NCBI RefSeq assembly: GCF_001194135.2 | Contig: NC_068990.1 | Span: 71,207,112 to 71,239,424 of the forward strand | Direction: 5' to 3' | Length of the DNA: 32,313 bases | DNA from: Octopus bimaculoides | Lineage: Eukaryota | Part shown: positions 21,726 to 31,966 of the stretch, in pieces | Layout: each line of letters opens with the position of its first letter | How positions within the stretch are numbered: the stretch's first letter is position 1 | The notes under the pieces: generated by a model | Told to the model about the DNA's origin: nothing | Seen by the model: the letters and a program-made list of their open reading frames with translations, nothing else | The model's database searches: none | Made by a program: the position numbers and the translations under genes

Positions 21726-22231
21726 GACCCATACAAACCCTAGTTTATAAAGGTCTTGTTGTTTTTTTCTTTGTATGATAGTCTCTTACCTCTTCAACCT
21801 CAGGCCAGAGCCACTAGCTATCTAAGGTTCTGGTCTGAGGTTGAATAAGTGAGAGACTACCATATGGGGGAAAAGCAACATGATCTGTGTAAACATGGAT
21901 TAATGCTAAAAGTTTAATTCACTTGTAGATTATCACTATCAGCACAAAAGTTCTAGAATCTTCACTGAGACTGTTTAACAGTAAAATTTGCTTACTTCTT
22001 TTGAAATTTGCCACCCCAGACATAAGCCAGCCAGTATTGATTGGTTGGGTTATATTCATGTTAGGCATTAATGCCTTTTATGAGATACATTAGTTTGTGG
22101 TCCTAGACTGGGAAAATCTGAGAGCTATAGTTCAAATTTCAGTCAGATTTTTGCTACACAACCATACCTGCACCTATAAGCCTATGCCTATTAGTCATAC
22201 AAATTCTTGTCGATATTATAAATGTTTGTGA

Positions 22232-22360
22232 GAGTGGCAAGCTGTCAGAACTGTTATCCTTCTTTATGTTCTGAGTTCAAATTCTGCCAAGGTTGATAAA
22301 ATAAGTACAAGTTGAGCACTGGGGTTGATGTAACCAACTTATCTCCTCCCCTCAAACCAG
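22232..22360 (+). mobile_element. SINE family A, internally deleted, flanked by an 18-bp direct repeat
   Basis: ttctgagttcaaattc...gataaaataagtac..gttgagcactgggg. The direct repeat TATTATAAAYGTTTGTGA is at 22214-22231 and 22361-22378. Confidence 0.8.
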
Positions 22361-22378
22361 TATTATAAACGTTTGTGA

Positions 22379-22563
22379 AGGTGTCAAGCTGGCAGAACCG
22401 GTAGCACACTTGACAGAATGCTTAGCAGCATTTCATCCATCTTTACATTCTGAGTTCAGATTCCACTGAAGTTGACTTTGCTTTTCATCCTTTCAGGTTG
22501 ATAAAATAAGTACCAGTTGGTTGAGCACTTAGGTTTATTATGTAATTGACTTACCCCCCCCCC
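22379..22563 (+). mobile_element. SINE family A (CpG-decayed), runs into gap
   Basis: Aligns along its length with 7758-7876 and 7620-7700. Confidence 0.85.
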
Positions 22564-23649
22564 NNNNNNNNNNNNNNNNNNNNNNNNNNNNNNNNNNNNN
22601 NNNNNNNNNNNNNNNNNNNNNNNNNNNNNNNNNNNNNNNNNNNNNNNNNNNNNNNNNNNNNNNNNNNNNNNNNNNNNNNNNNNNNNNNNNNNNNNNNNNN
22701 NNNNNNNNNNNNNNNNNNNNNNNNNNNNNNNNNNNNNNNNNNNNNNNNNNNNNNNNNNNNNNNNNNNNNNNNNNNNNNNNNNNNNNNNNNNNNNNNNNNN
22801 NNNNNNNNNNNNNNNNNNNNNNNNNNNNNNNNNNNNNNNNNNNNNNNNNNNNNNNNNNNNNNNNNNNNNNNNNNNNNNNNNNNNNNNNNNNNNNNNNNNN
22901 NNNNNNNNNNNNNNNNNNNNNNNNNNNNNNNNNNNNNNNNNNNNNNNNNNNNNNNNNNNNNNNNNNNNNNNNNNNNNNNNNNNNNNNNNNNNNNNNNNNN
23001 NNNNNNNNNNNNNNNNNNNNNNNNNNNNNNNNNNNNNNNNNNNNNNNNNNNNNNNNNNNNNNNNNNNNNNNNNNNNNNNNNNNNNNNNNNNNNNNNNNNN
23101 NNNNNNNNNNNNNNNNNNNNNNNNNNNNNNNNNNNNNNNNNNNNNNNNNNNNNNNNNNNNNNNNNNNNNNNNNNNNNNNNNNNNNNNNNNNNNNNNNNNN
23201 NNNNNNNNNNNNNNNNNNNNNNNNNNNNNNNNNNNNNNNNNNNNNNNNNNNNNNNNNNNNNNNNNNNNNNNNNNNNNNNNNNNNNNNNNNNNNNNNNNNN
23301 NNNNNNNNNNNNNNNNNNNNNNNNNNNNNNNNNNNNNNNNNNNNNNNNNNNNNNNNNNNNNNNNNNNNNNNNNNNNNNNNNNNNNNNNNNNNNNNNNNNN
23401 NNNNNNNNNNNNNNNNNNNNNNNNNNNNNNNNNNNNNNNNNNNNNNNNNNNNNNNNNNNNNNNNNNNNNNNNNNNNNNNNNNNNNNNNNNNNNNNNNNNN
23501 NNNNNNNNNNNNNNNNNNNNNNNNNNNNNNNNNNNNNCAATAACACTATCCGTATCACGTCCTCACTTTGTTGTTTTTTTTGTTATTGTTTTTTGTGTTT
23601 TTTTTAACTATATATATATATATATATACACATACACATATATATATTG

Positions 23650-23981
23650 GTGCACATGTAGCTGTGTGGTAAGAAGTTTACTTTCCAACCATATGGTTCT
23701 GGGTCCACTCCTACTGTGTGACACCTTGGCCATGTGTCTTCTACTATAGCCTTGGGCCAACCTGTGAGTGGATTTGGTAGACGGAAACTGAAAGAAGTCT
23801 GTCTTATATGTGTGTGTGTGTGTGTCTTTGTCCCCCATCACCGCTTGACAACCAGTGTTGGTGTGTTTATGTTCCCATAACTTAGTTTATTAAAGAGTCC
23901 AATAGAATGATTACTGGTGTTGATTAGTTCAACTAAAATTTCCTAAGATGGTGTTGTAGTCTAATGACTGAAACAAGTAAA

Positions 23982-23985
<4 letters not shown>
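23650..23985 (+). mobile_element. tRNA-type SINE family B, long copy with internal (TG)n
   Basis: gctgtgtggtaag.ag.tt.ct..ccaacca.atggttc.ggg, shared with 28848-28929 and 16655-16800. Confidence 0.75.
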
Positions 23986-24022
<37 letters not shown>

Positions 24023-25097
24023 NNNNNNNNNNNNNNNNNNNNNNNNNNNNNNNNNNNNNNNNNNNNNNNNNNNNNNNNNNNNNNNNNNNNNNNNNNNNNN
24101 NNNNNNNNNNNNNNNNNNNNNNNNNNNNNNNNNNNNNNNNNNNNNNNNNNNNNNNNNNNNNNNNNNNNNNNNNNNNNNNNNNNNNNNNNNNNNNNNNNNN
24201 NNNNNNNNNNNNNNNNNNNNNNNNNNNNNNNNNNNNNNNNNNNNNNNNNNNNNNNNNNNNNNNNNNNNNNNNNNNNNNNNNNNNNNNNNNNNNNNNNNNN
24301 NNNNNNNNNNNNNNNNNNNNNNNNNNNNNNNNNNNNNNNNNNNNNNNNNNNNNNNNNNNNNNNNNNNNNNNNNNNNNNNNNNNNNNNNNNNNNNNNNNNN
24401 NNNNNNNNNNNNNNNNNNNNNNNNNNNNNNNNNNNNNNNNNNNNNNNNNNNNNNNNNNNNNNNNNNNNNNNNNNNNNNNNNNNNNNNNNNNNNNNNNNNN
24501 NNNNNNNNNNNNNNNNNNNNNNNNNNNNNNNNNNNNNNNNNNNNNNNNNNNNNNNNNNNNNNNNNNNNNNNNNNNNNNNNNNNNNNNNNNNNNNNNNNNN
24601 NNNNNNNNNNNNNNNNNNNNNNNNNNNNNNNNNNNNNNNNNNNNNNNNNNNNNNNNNNNNNNNNNNNNNNNNNNNNNNNNNNNNNNNNNNNNNNNNNNNN
24701 NNNNNNNNNNNNNNNNNNNNNNNNNNNNNNNNNNNNNNNNNNNNNNNNNNNNNNNNNNNNNNNNNNNNNNNNNNNNNNNNNNNNNNNNNNNNNNNNNNNN
24801 NNNNNNNNNNNNNNNNNNNNNNNNNNNNNNNNNNNNNNNNNNNNNNNNNNNNNNNNNNNNNNNNNNNNNNNNNNNNNNNNNNNNNNNNNNNNNNNNNNNN
24901 NNNNNNNNNNNNNNNNNNNNNNNNNNNNNNNNNNNATAATTATAATCTGCGGTTTAAACAATAAATTACCTGCCTCTGGATACCTTCTAACTAAGATGGT
25001 ACCCACACAAGTAATCTCCAGGAGTGCCTTCGGATTTAACTATCCCCTGGTTGCTTAGATACTTCAGACTACCCCTGAAATATTGAAGCAATCCTAT

Positions 25098-25128
<31 letters not shown>

Positions 25129-25134
25129 TCGCCT

Positions 25135-25290
25135 TGCTGACCACTACACATATTTTTTTCTCTCCTTATTTCTTTCTGTGTTCCTTTCTGTTGAAGAGCA
25201 TAGGCTCGAAATGTTAAAGACTTTCTCTATTCCCAAGCATTATACTAATACATCCATTTGTTGTTTACACTACCTGTCTTCGTCTGTTGC
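25135..25290. repeat. Interspersed repeat fragment (family uncertain; Penelope-terminus-like motif)
   Basis: The 3' part resembles 7933-7970 (tacacc.gtct.cgtc..tt.ttttt). Contains ctgttgaagagcataggctcgaaa. Confidence 0.35.
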
Positions 25291-28167
25291 TTTTTCCGTG
25301 AATTCTCCCCTATATATATATGTATATGCACAAGGGCTTAGAAATTTCTGGTGTGTTACCCAGTTAGTCTTCCAGAATAAGTTGGATTCTAAGCTCTAGT
25401 ATAGGCAAATAACCTAAGAGATGGAGAATTTGGTATGTTGAGTTTGTGGCAATCATTTGAAACAATTTTCTGTCATCAGCATTTCTAAAGTGTGACTGAT
25501 TCTTCACAAGCCTTCACCATTGAAAACAAATCATCTGTTGGGGTAACCCACTGGCTATAATATTGGCTGTTAGACCCTCATACATTGAAGCTGACAGAAA
25601 AACCCAATATATATATATATATATATANNNNNNNNNNNNNNNNNNNNNNNNNNNNNNNNNNNNNNNNNNNNNNNNNNNNNNNNNNNNNNNNNNNNNNNNN
25701 NNNNNNNNNNNNNNNNNNNNNNNNNNNNNNNNNNNNNNNNNNNNNNNNNNNNNNNNNNNNNNNNNNNNNNNNNNNNNNNNNNNNNNNNNNNNNNNNNNNN
25801 NNNNNNNNNNNNNNNNNNNNNNNNNNNNNNNNNNNNNNNNNNNNNNNNNNNNNNNNNNNNNNNNNNNNNNNNNNNNNNNNNNNNNNNNNNNNNNNNNNNN
25901 NNNNNNNNNNNNNNNNNNNNNNNNNNNNNNNNNNNNNNNNNNNNNNNNNNNNNNNNNNNNNNNNNNNNNNNNNNNNNNNNNNNNNNNNNNNNNNNNNNNN
26001 NNNNNNNNNNNNNNNNNNNNNNNNNNNNNNNNNNNNNNNNNNNNNNNNNNNNNNNNNNNNNNNNNNNNNNNNNNNNNNNNNNNNNNNNNNNNNNNNNNNN
26101 NNNNNNNNNNNNNNNNNNNNNNNNNNNNNNNNNNNNNNNNNNNNNNNNNNNNNNNNNNNNNNNNNNNNNNNNNNNNNNNNNNNNNNNNNNNNNNNNNNNN
26201 NNNNNNNNNNNNNNNNNNNNNNNNNNNNNNNNNNNNNNNNNNNNNNNNNNNNNNNNNNNNNNNNNNNNNNNNNNNNNNNNNNNNNNNNNNNNNNNNNNNN
26301 NNNNNNNNNNNNNNNNNNNNNNAAACAAATTTGGGAGAAAATGGTGGGTGGGGGCAGAAGTCTTTCCAAGATATCTTTGCAGAAAACAGCTTCAGGAGTT
26401 GTTAAGAAAGAATTTGTACGTAGTCTGTTTCTAAGAACTATTCTATTGGACTTCTGTCTAATCACGTCTTTTAAGGTACACACACATACATAGAAAATGT
26501 GAGGTCATGGTAGAAAATTTTTACGGTAGCTGATTTATGGAAAAGATTATGTTAAATTTTTGAAATGCAAATCTGTGAATGAAAATTAAGTTCAGACCTC
26601 TACATGGTAGGTAGACCTGGTAGAAATAGCAGCCAAATCTCCTTGAAAACACCCTACTGTATTAATGCAACAATTCTGCATATTATGTAGTTTAAATGAG
26701 AAACTGTAATTAAAGATGAAGATAATTAACCCCACAAAGAGGTGAAAGAAGAGAGACAGCATAGCGAAAGTTTTGGCTGTAGTCCCCTTGTTGGTGTGTG
26801 AGCAACTGGTTGTTTTAATGGCCGAACAAAGAGGGGATTTGCATTAGAAAAAGTTCTAATCAATTTTCTCGGTAAGTATGGGGGCTAGGAAAAAAATAGA
26901 AGAGGCATTAAGAAGTTGACATTAAGAATTGCTTTAACAGTTGGAAAATGTTTCACATTTCAATCATCACCAAAAAATGAAGCTGTAAGAATTTACGGGG
27001 AAATTGTATGTAAGAAATAAAGCAGAAATGATTTGTAACTGTACTGCCAAAGTTCTGCAACTTANNNNNNNNNNGAAATAAAGCAGAAATGATTTGTAAC
27101 TGTACTGCCAAAGTTCTGCAACTTAATAGGCAGACGTATCCAATTTAAGAAAAGTGAAGATAAAAGCTAAGTGGAGAAGTATGGGATAAGTCATTGTTAT
27201 ACGTTTATAGAAAAAATAGACACGTACTTTTTTAGAGAATAAAATGTAGCTGAGAGCTATTGTATTAGACATTTGTCTAATCAGAGAGCAGAAATTGAAA
27301 GAAGATATATGAAATGGATGTATGTGTGTTTTTGCGGATAACTTGACGGGAGCTTTGCAGTCAGCATGAGGTGGTTTGTGTTTATCTCTCGAGTCAAATT
27401 GTTGTGAATATGTCTGTAACAGCAATGCCCAGACAAGTAAAAATATTTTTTTAATATGTGGTTGGGGAAAAAGGGAGATCTTTTGAAGTCGGTGTGAAAG
27501 CAAAAGAGACAGCGAGAGTGCGGTTGTATGAGTGAAGTTCTTTTGAAGTTTCGTGAGATGGAAGAATTGATGTGCATGTGTGTGTGTGTGTGTGTTTGAT
27601 GGGGTGTGCGAGACGGAATGTGTGGTGTGTATATGAATTGCTTTTGTGAGTGTGTATGAAGAGAGAGAGAGAGTAATGTTGATGGTGTGTATATGAGAGA
27701 GAGATAACTGAAATTTTTTCCATTCAGTTTTTGTAGTGAGTGATTGACAGATAGAGAGAGAGAATGTGGTTATGTATGTATGAATGGTTTCAGTGAAACA
27801 CACACATATGCACGCAGGTTGTTTTAATCGATTTTCTTGGTAACTATGGGGGCTAGGAAAAAAATACAAACCGCATTCCAATCTATGCACCAGTCTCCAT
27901 GTGTGCCATTTTTCACACAAATCCACCCAGCCATTTGGCTGTGAACCTCAAGACAAGAAAGAATACAATGTTCACCCATGTCAAATTAGATGTATATTTG
28001 ATTAGTGAGAGAGATGGGAGCTACAAGAATCTTTACTGATTATTACTACAATTGTCTCGAACCATCTAGCATCGATCCCTCTCAGTTGGGATTCTGAACA
28101 TCTGGTTTAGGTGTATCCCTTGGTGTAGATGTGTCCCCTCAGATGATTTCAATAGGTATTTTATCAA

Positions 28168-28810
28168 AATAGTTGGGCATCAGATGTGGTGTGCAAGAGA
28201 GATAGCTGTGCTGGTATAATTGTGTGATGCATATGGGCAAGGATAGCTGTGTGAAGTGCCAATCTCTGGCTGTGGAGGGAACCTGTGGAAGGGATAGACC
28301 CAGGAAGACATGGAACGAGGTAGTGAAGCATGATCTTTGAACGTTGGGTCTCACAGAGGCAATGACTAGTGACTAACACCTTTGGTGATAGGCTGTGTTT
28401 GAGAAGACTTGTTAAGCAAAGTGAAATCATCATCGTAGCCAATGCCAGTGTCACGTAACTGGCACGTAAAAAGCAAATTTTGAGTGTTGGGCCTCATGGA
28501 GGCTATGTGGCCAATGCTGGTGTCAAGTAACTAGCACTTGTGCTGGTAATATGCTGTGCTTCAGTAGAAAACCCATCAAGCCAAGTGAAATTCTAGTTGT
28601 GGCAGATACTGGTTTCATGCAACTGGCACCCGTGCTGGTGGCACATAAAAGCACCCATTATACTCTAGGAGTGGTTGGCATTAGGAAGGGCATCCAGCTG
28701 CAAAAATCATGTCTAATCAGACTGGAGTCTGGTGCAGCCCCTCAGCTTACCACCTCTGGGGAAACTGTCCAACCTATGCCAGCATGAACAATGGTTGTTA
28801 AATGATGATG
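28168..28810 (+). mobile_element. RTE-clade LINE 3' end (ORF2 C-terminus remnant plus 3'UTR plus (GAT)n tail)
   Basis: Translates as VQER*LCWY..VMHM...LAVEGTCGRDRPRKTWNEVVKHDL, the RLRWYGHV..GRPRKTW..V..DL end typical of RTE ORFs. Ends gttaaatgatgatg. Confidence 0.85.
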
Positions 28811-28839
28811 TTTATATATGTATGTACGTATGTATATAT

Positions 28840-28929
28840 GCAGGAGTGGCTGTGTGGTAAGTAGCTTGCTTACCAACCACATGGTTCCGGGTTCAGTCCC
28901 ACTGCATGGCACCTTGGGCAAGTGTCTTC
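28840..28929 (+). mobile_element. SINE family B, 5' tRNA-like head, 3'-truncated
   Basis: gcaggagtggctgtgtggtaag (A-box-like) ... ggttccgggttcagtccc (B-box-like) ... caccttgggcaagtgtctt. Confidence 0.8.
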
Positions 28930-29758
28930 CCTTGGAAAATTAAAACACAAAAAATAAATGTAAAAAGGTAAAAGAGCTATCCTCCTTAGACCTTAAATTA
29001 TAAGGTTGGAAACATATCAACAAGTTAGATCTGAACAGGATCTGTGCTCTTTCAGCTAAACAAAGCCTACATTTATTCAATCCATTAATATAAGGTGTGG
29101 ATTTCTCAATTACTTTCCACTTCTATCATGGAACAGTGTATTTTGTTTCTGTCTTGTTTGCCGTTTGTTACATTATCACTTGTGTTACTTTTGATTTATA
29201 TATATGTGTATATATACGCACACACACTACACTTTGGTCTTAAGGCTGCTGCATAGTTTTTATTGACCTAATTTCATGTAGAAGGGATTGGTTAACCTAA
29301 AACTATTGCAAAAGATATTTACCTCAGGATGCTACACTGTGGGATTGGACCTAGAACCTTCATGGCTATACCTTCAAAGCAATTTATGTGCTGGTCATTA
29401 CTTCAAAATTCTACAGTCCATCCACAAGTTTTCCATAAGTCTATTGAACATGTATGTCTCAAATTACCCTATTTCTCTGGGACATCCTGCACCTTTTTAT
29501 GTTTTAATGTTCTGACATTTACCTTATTTTGTTAAAGATATTTTTAAACACACTCTTGAAAAACAGTTAAATGAATTTCCTAATGATTTGAGGAAAAAAA
29601 TTCACCTTAATTGCAAATGAAAGTAAAATAAAGTTAAACATTTATGTTTTATACATTTTACTTGGACATTAAATTATACTGTTTTTTGTTTTCTCTATTT
29701 TGTATTTTCCTTTATAACCTCTGGAATATTAATATTTTGTCAAATATTTATTTTTCAG

Positions 29759-29887
29759 GGAATGATGACTCCATGGCCATTGCCCTCCAACAAAATATCA
29801 GAAAGTAAAGTAAGTATCTTGGATATCCCTTTCAATGAAGATGAAGAGGATGATGACTATAACCCAGAAAAAGATATCACGGCAGAG
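29759..29887 (+). CDS. GON4L: GON4L-like exon (GMMTPWPLPSNKISESKVSILDIPFNEDEEDDDYNPEKDITAE)
   Basis: tttttcAG acceptor, GAG|GTGAGT donor, 129 nt, phase 0/0. Resembles the recalled GON4L segment GVVIPTW...FVDIHLEEDDSSDEEYQP...ETAE in the expected order. Confidence 0.8.
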
Positions 29888-30029
29888 GTGAGTACTTTAT
29901 TGTTTGTTAGAAATATTCTTGCTGCTTGGTTTATATATTCAAGGAATTGGCAATTGTGAAGTTTATATATTTGAGGAATTTAACCTCACATCTTCTAGCT
30001 TTGCTTGGGATATGTATTCTTGCAAGCTT

Positions 30030-30145
30030 CATGGGGACCTCACTAGTGCTGGTAGCACAAAAAAGCCTCCAATGCATACTGTATGTAAAGTGGTTGGTAT
30101 TACAAAAGGCATTCAGCCATAGACACCATGCCAAAGTCAACTGAA
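30030..30145 (+). mobile_element. RTE 3'UTR fragment abutting the truncated end of the Tigger
   Basis: gtgctggtagcac.aaaaagc...gtggttggtatta.aa..ggcattcagc, similar to 28633-28700. Confidence 0.6.
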
Positions 30146-30147
30146 GC

Positions 30148-31257
30148 AACTCCCATAATCTGTTGTTCACTGATAAATGCATGTTGTTGAAGGCCAGCTA
30201 TTAAGATAACAAATTTTCACTGTATCATCTATAGGAATTTTTTCCCCTGTGTTCTCTGTGTAATCATCATTACTGTCTTCATTCTTATCCATATTTAACA
30301 CCATTTCAGTAATTTCCCCATCACTCAAGGAATGCATAACAGGTGCATCATTGTCAATGTTTAGCATTTCTTCAATGTCTGCTTCTTCTAGCTCAGTTAC
30401 ACTTCCGCATGATGAAAATTTAGCATAAGTTACGAGTTTTGATATCATCTTCATCTCATTAGTCACACGAAATCCTCTAAACTCATTATCTATAGGGTCG
30501 GTTTCATCAAACATTGTTATTGGCCAAGTCCTGTGCCAAGCATTTCTTACTGTTGATTTATCAACATCATTCCAAGCATTCGCAACAGTGTTGATGGCAT
30601 CCTTGACAATGAACTCTTTCAGGTAGTCTTGTATTCTTATTCCTTTGTTGACTGCATCAAGCACACAGTTCATAAAATGATTTTTATAGTTGCTCTTCAT
30701 GGAGTATAAAATTCCATGATCACACGGCTGTAAAATAGATGTATTGGGAGGCAGGGAAATGTGTAGAGAAGATGTCCAGGAACAATAGAATTTTACAGTT
30801 TTCTTCCAGTCCAGCTTACTTGCAATGAGCTCTTGCCCTGAGTACAAAGTGGTTATTGAACTACTCAGAAAATATTTATCAGGTTACCCCTGTTTTCTTG
30901 TTTGCGTAATAATGCACAGGTAAATTAACTAGGCCTTTCAGACATCTTGGACATTGACTTTTTCCAATGACCTCCAACTTCACCTTGTGTGTGCCTGCTG
31001 CATTAACACATCCAAGAATAATTAACCTTTCTTTAGCATCCTTAAAACCTGCTGGTGCTGTCTCATCTGTTGTTGTTAAGGTTTTTTTCTTGGAATATAG
31101 TGCCAGTACAAAGTTGTTTCATCAGCATTGTAAATTTGTTCAGAAGAAAGCTGTTTGTGCATGACCCCTGCTATGACACGCTGCAGCCTCCACAAAAAAA
31201 AGTTGTTTTGTGGGGCTTCTCGGATTTTAGATTTCCAGATAAAGGATTGTGTACCTG
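30148..31257 (-). mobile_element. Tigger/pogo (Tc1-mariner superfamily) DNA transposon, internally deleted, one TIR left
   Basis: All three catalytic Asp contexts on the minus strand: QIYNADET (about 31140-31117), KILLFLD (about 30800-30775) and LPPNTSILQPCDHG. Terminal CAGGTACACAATCCTTTATCTGGAAATCTAAAATCCGA ends at 31257, followed by TA (31258-31259). CENP-B/HTH N-terminus absent; frameshifts present. Confidence 0.9.
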
Positions 31258-31541
31258 TATCATACTTGGATAGTTGTGATGTTTATTCTTTTCCTCTAGG
31301 AGTATTGGTGGTGTAAATGCACTACTTGCAACTGAAAATCAAAATGGTCACATGATCTGTATTGGTTAACAAACTTGTTATTCCTTTGCTGGCAGGAATA
31401 TTGTCATCACCACTAACATCACCTTCTCTTCTAGATATCATAGAATGTTATAAAATTGCTGACTACTCTAACTACCTTCCTATTGTTTGCGAAAACTTGT
31501 ACCTCTTTTGAATTAGTTTTTTTTCTTTTCTTTTTCTGTAG

Positions 31542-31682
31542 ATTGAAAGTGATGATGACACCGAAAGTTTAAATTCCTCGTTAACATGTTCTCCTAACTT
31601 GCATCTCATGAAATCATCCATGACAACACTGACCGAAAATTGCAAACAATCTTTGACTGAGACGGATGATGAAGATAAGAAG
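31542..31682 (+). CDS. GON4L: GON4L-like exon (IESDDDTESLNSSLTCSP...TDDEDKK)
   Basis: Long pyrimidine tract plus tAG at 31540-31541, donor AAG|GTTAGT at 31683, 141 nt, phase 0/0. Acidic Ser-rich, resembling the recalled LESDVESTASSP that follows in GON4L. Confidence 0.72.
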
Positions 31683-31966
31683 GTTAGTAATGATTCTGGA
31701 CGAATACTTTTACCTAGGAGACAATGGCTGAGTTTGTTGATGTGATTTTTCATTGGCATAACATTTTTGAATAGTACAATCATTCCCAACAGGATTTGAA
31801 CTCAGAAAGATTAGGTACTACTGAACTATGAAAACATTTAATCCAGTTCCTCTCTCTTTTGTCTATATTAACTCCATTGTTATTGTTAGATAAGTATTGA
31901 TGATATTGTTTGCTCAGATTCAATGTTTTCGTAACCTTATGAATATGATATAGTTATCTTGTCATA

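Larger units (their letters stand above)
22564..26322. other. Three assembly gaps (22564-23537, 24023-24935, 25628-26322) inside GON4L intron(s); others at 249-258, 1195-1587, 27065-27074
   Basis: N runs, mostly bordered by (TA)n or poly-C. Confidence 0.99.

Noticed and set aside
22546-26493. Long ORFs of 250-364 aa in the track (also 1137-1665)
   Set aside because: They are made of X from N runs.
27014-27125. 51-nt perfect direct repeat around 10 Ns
   Set aside because: Same negative-gap assembly signature.
27123-27926. 267-aa minus-strand ORF and nested ORFs
   Set aside because: His/Thr/Ser/Leu bias comes from (CA)/(CT) microsatellite-like sequence; no domain and no splice support.
29470-29491. 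Mariner-like TIR remnant (tctctgggacatcctgca)
   Set aside because: Too short and degenerate, with no partner TIR or transposase found.
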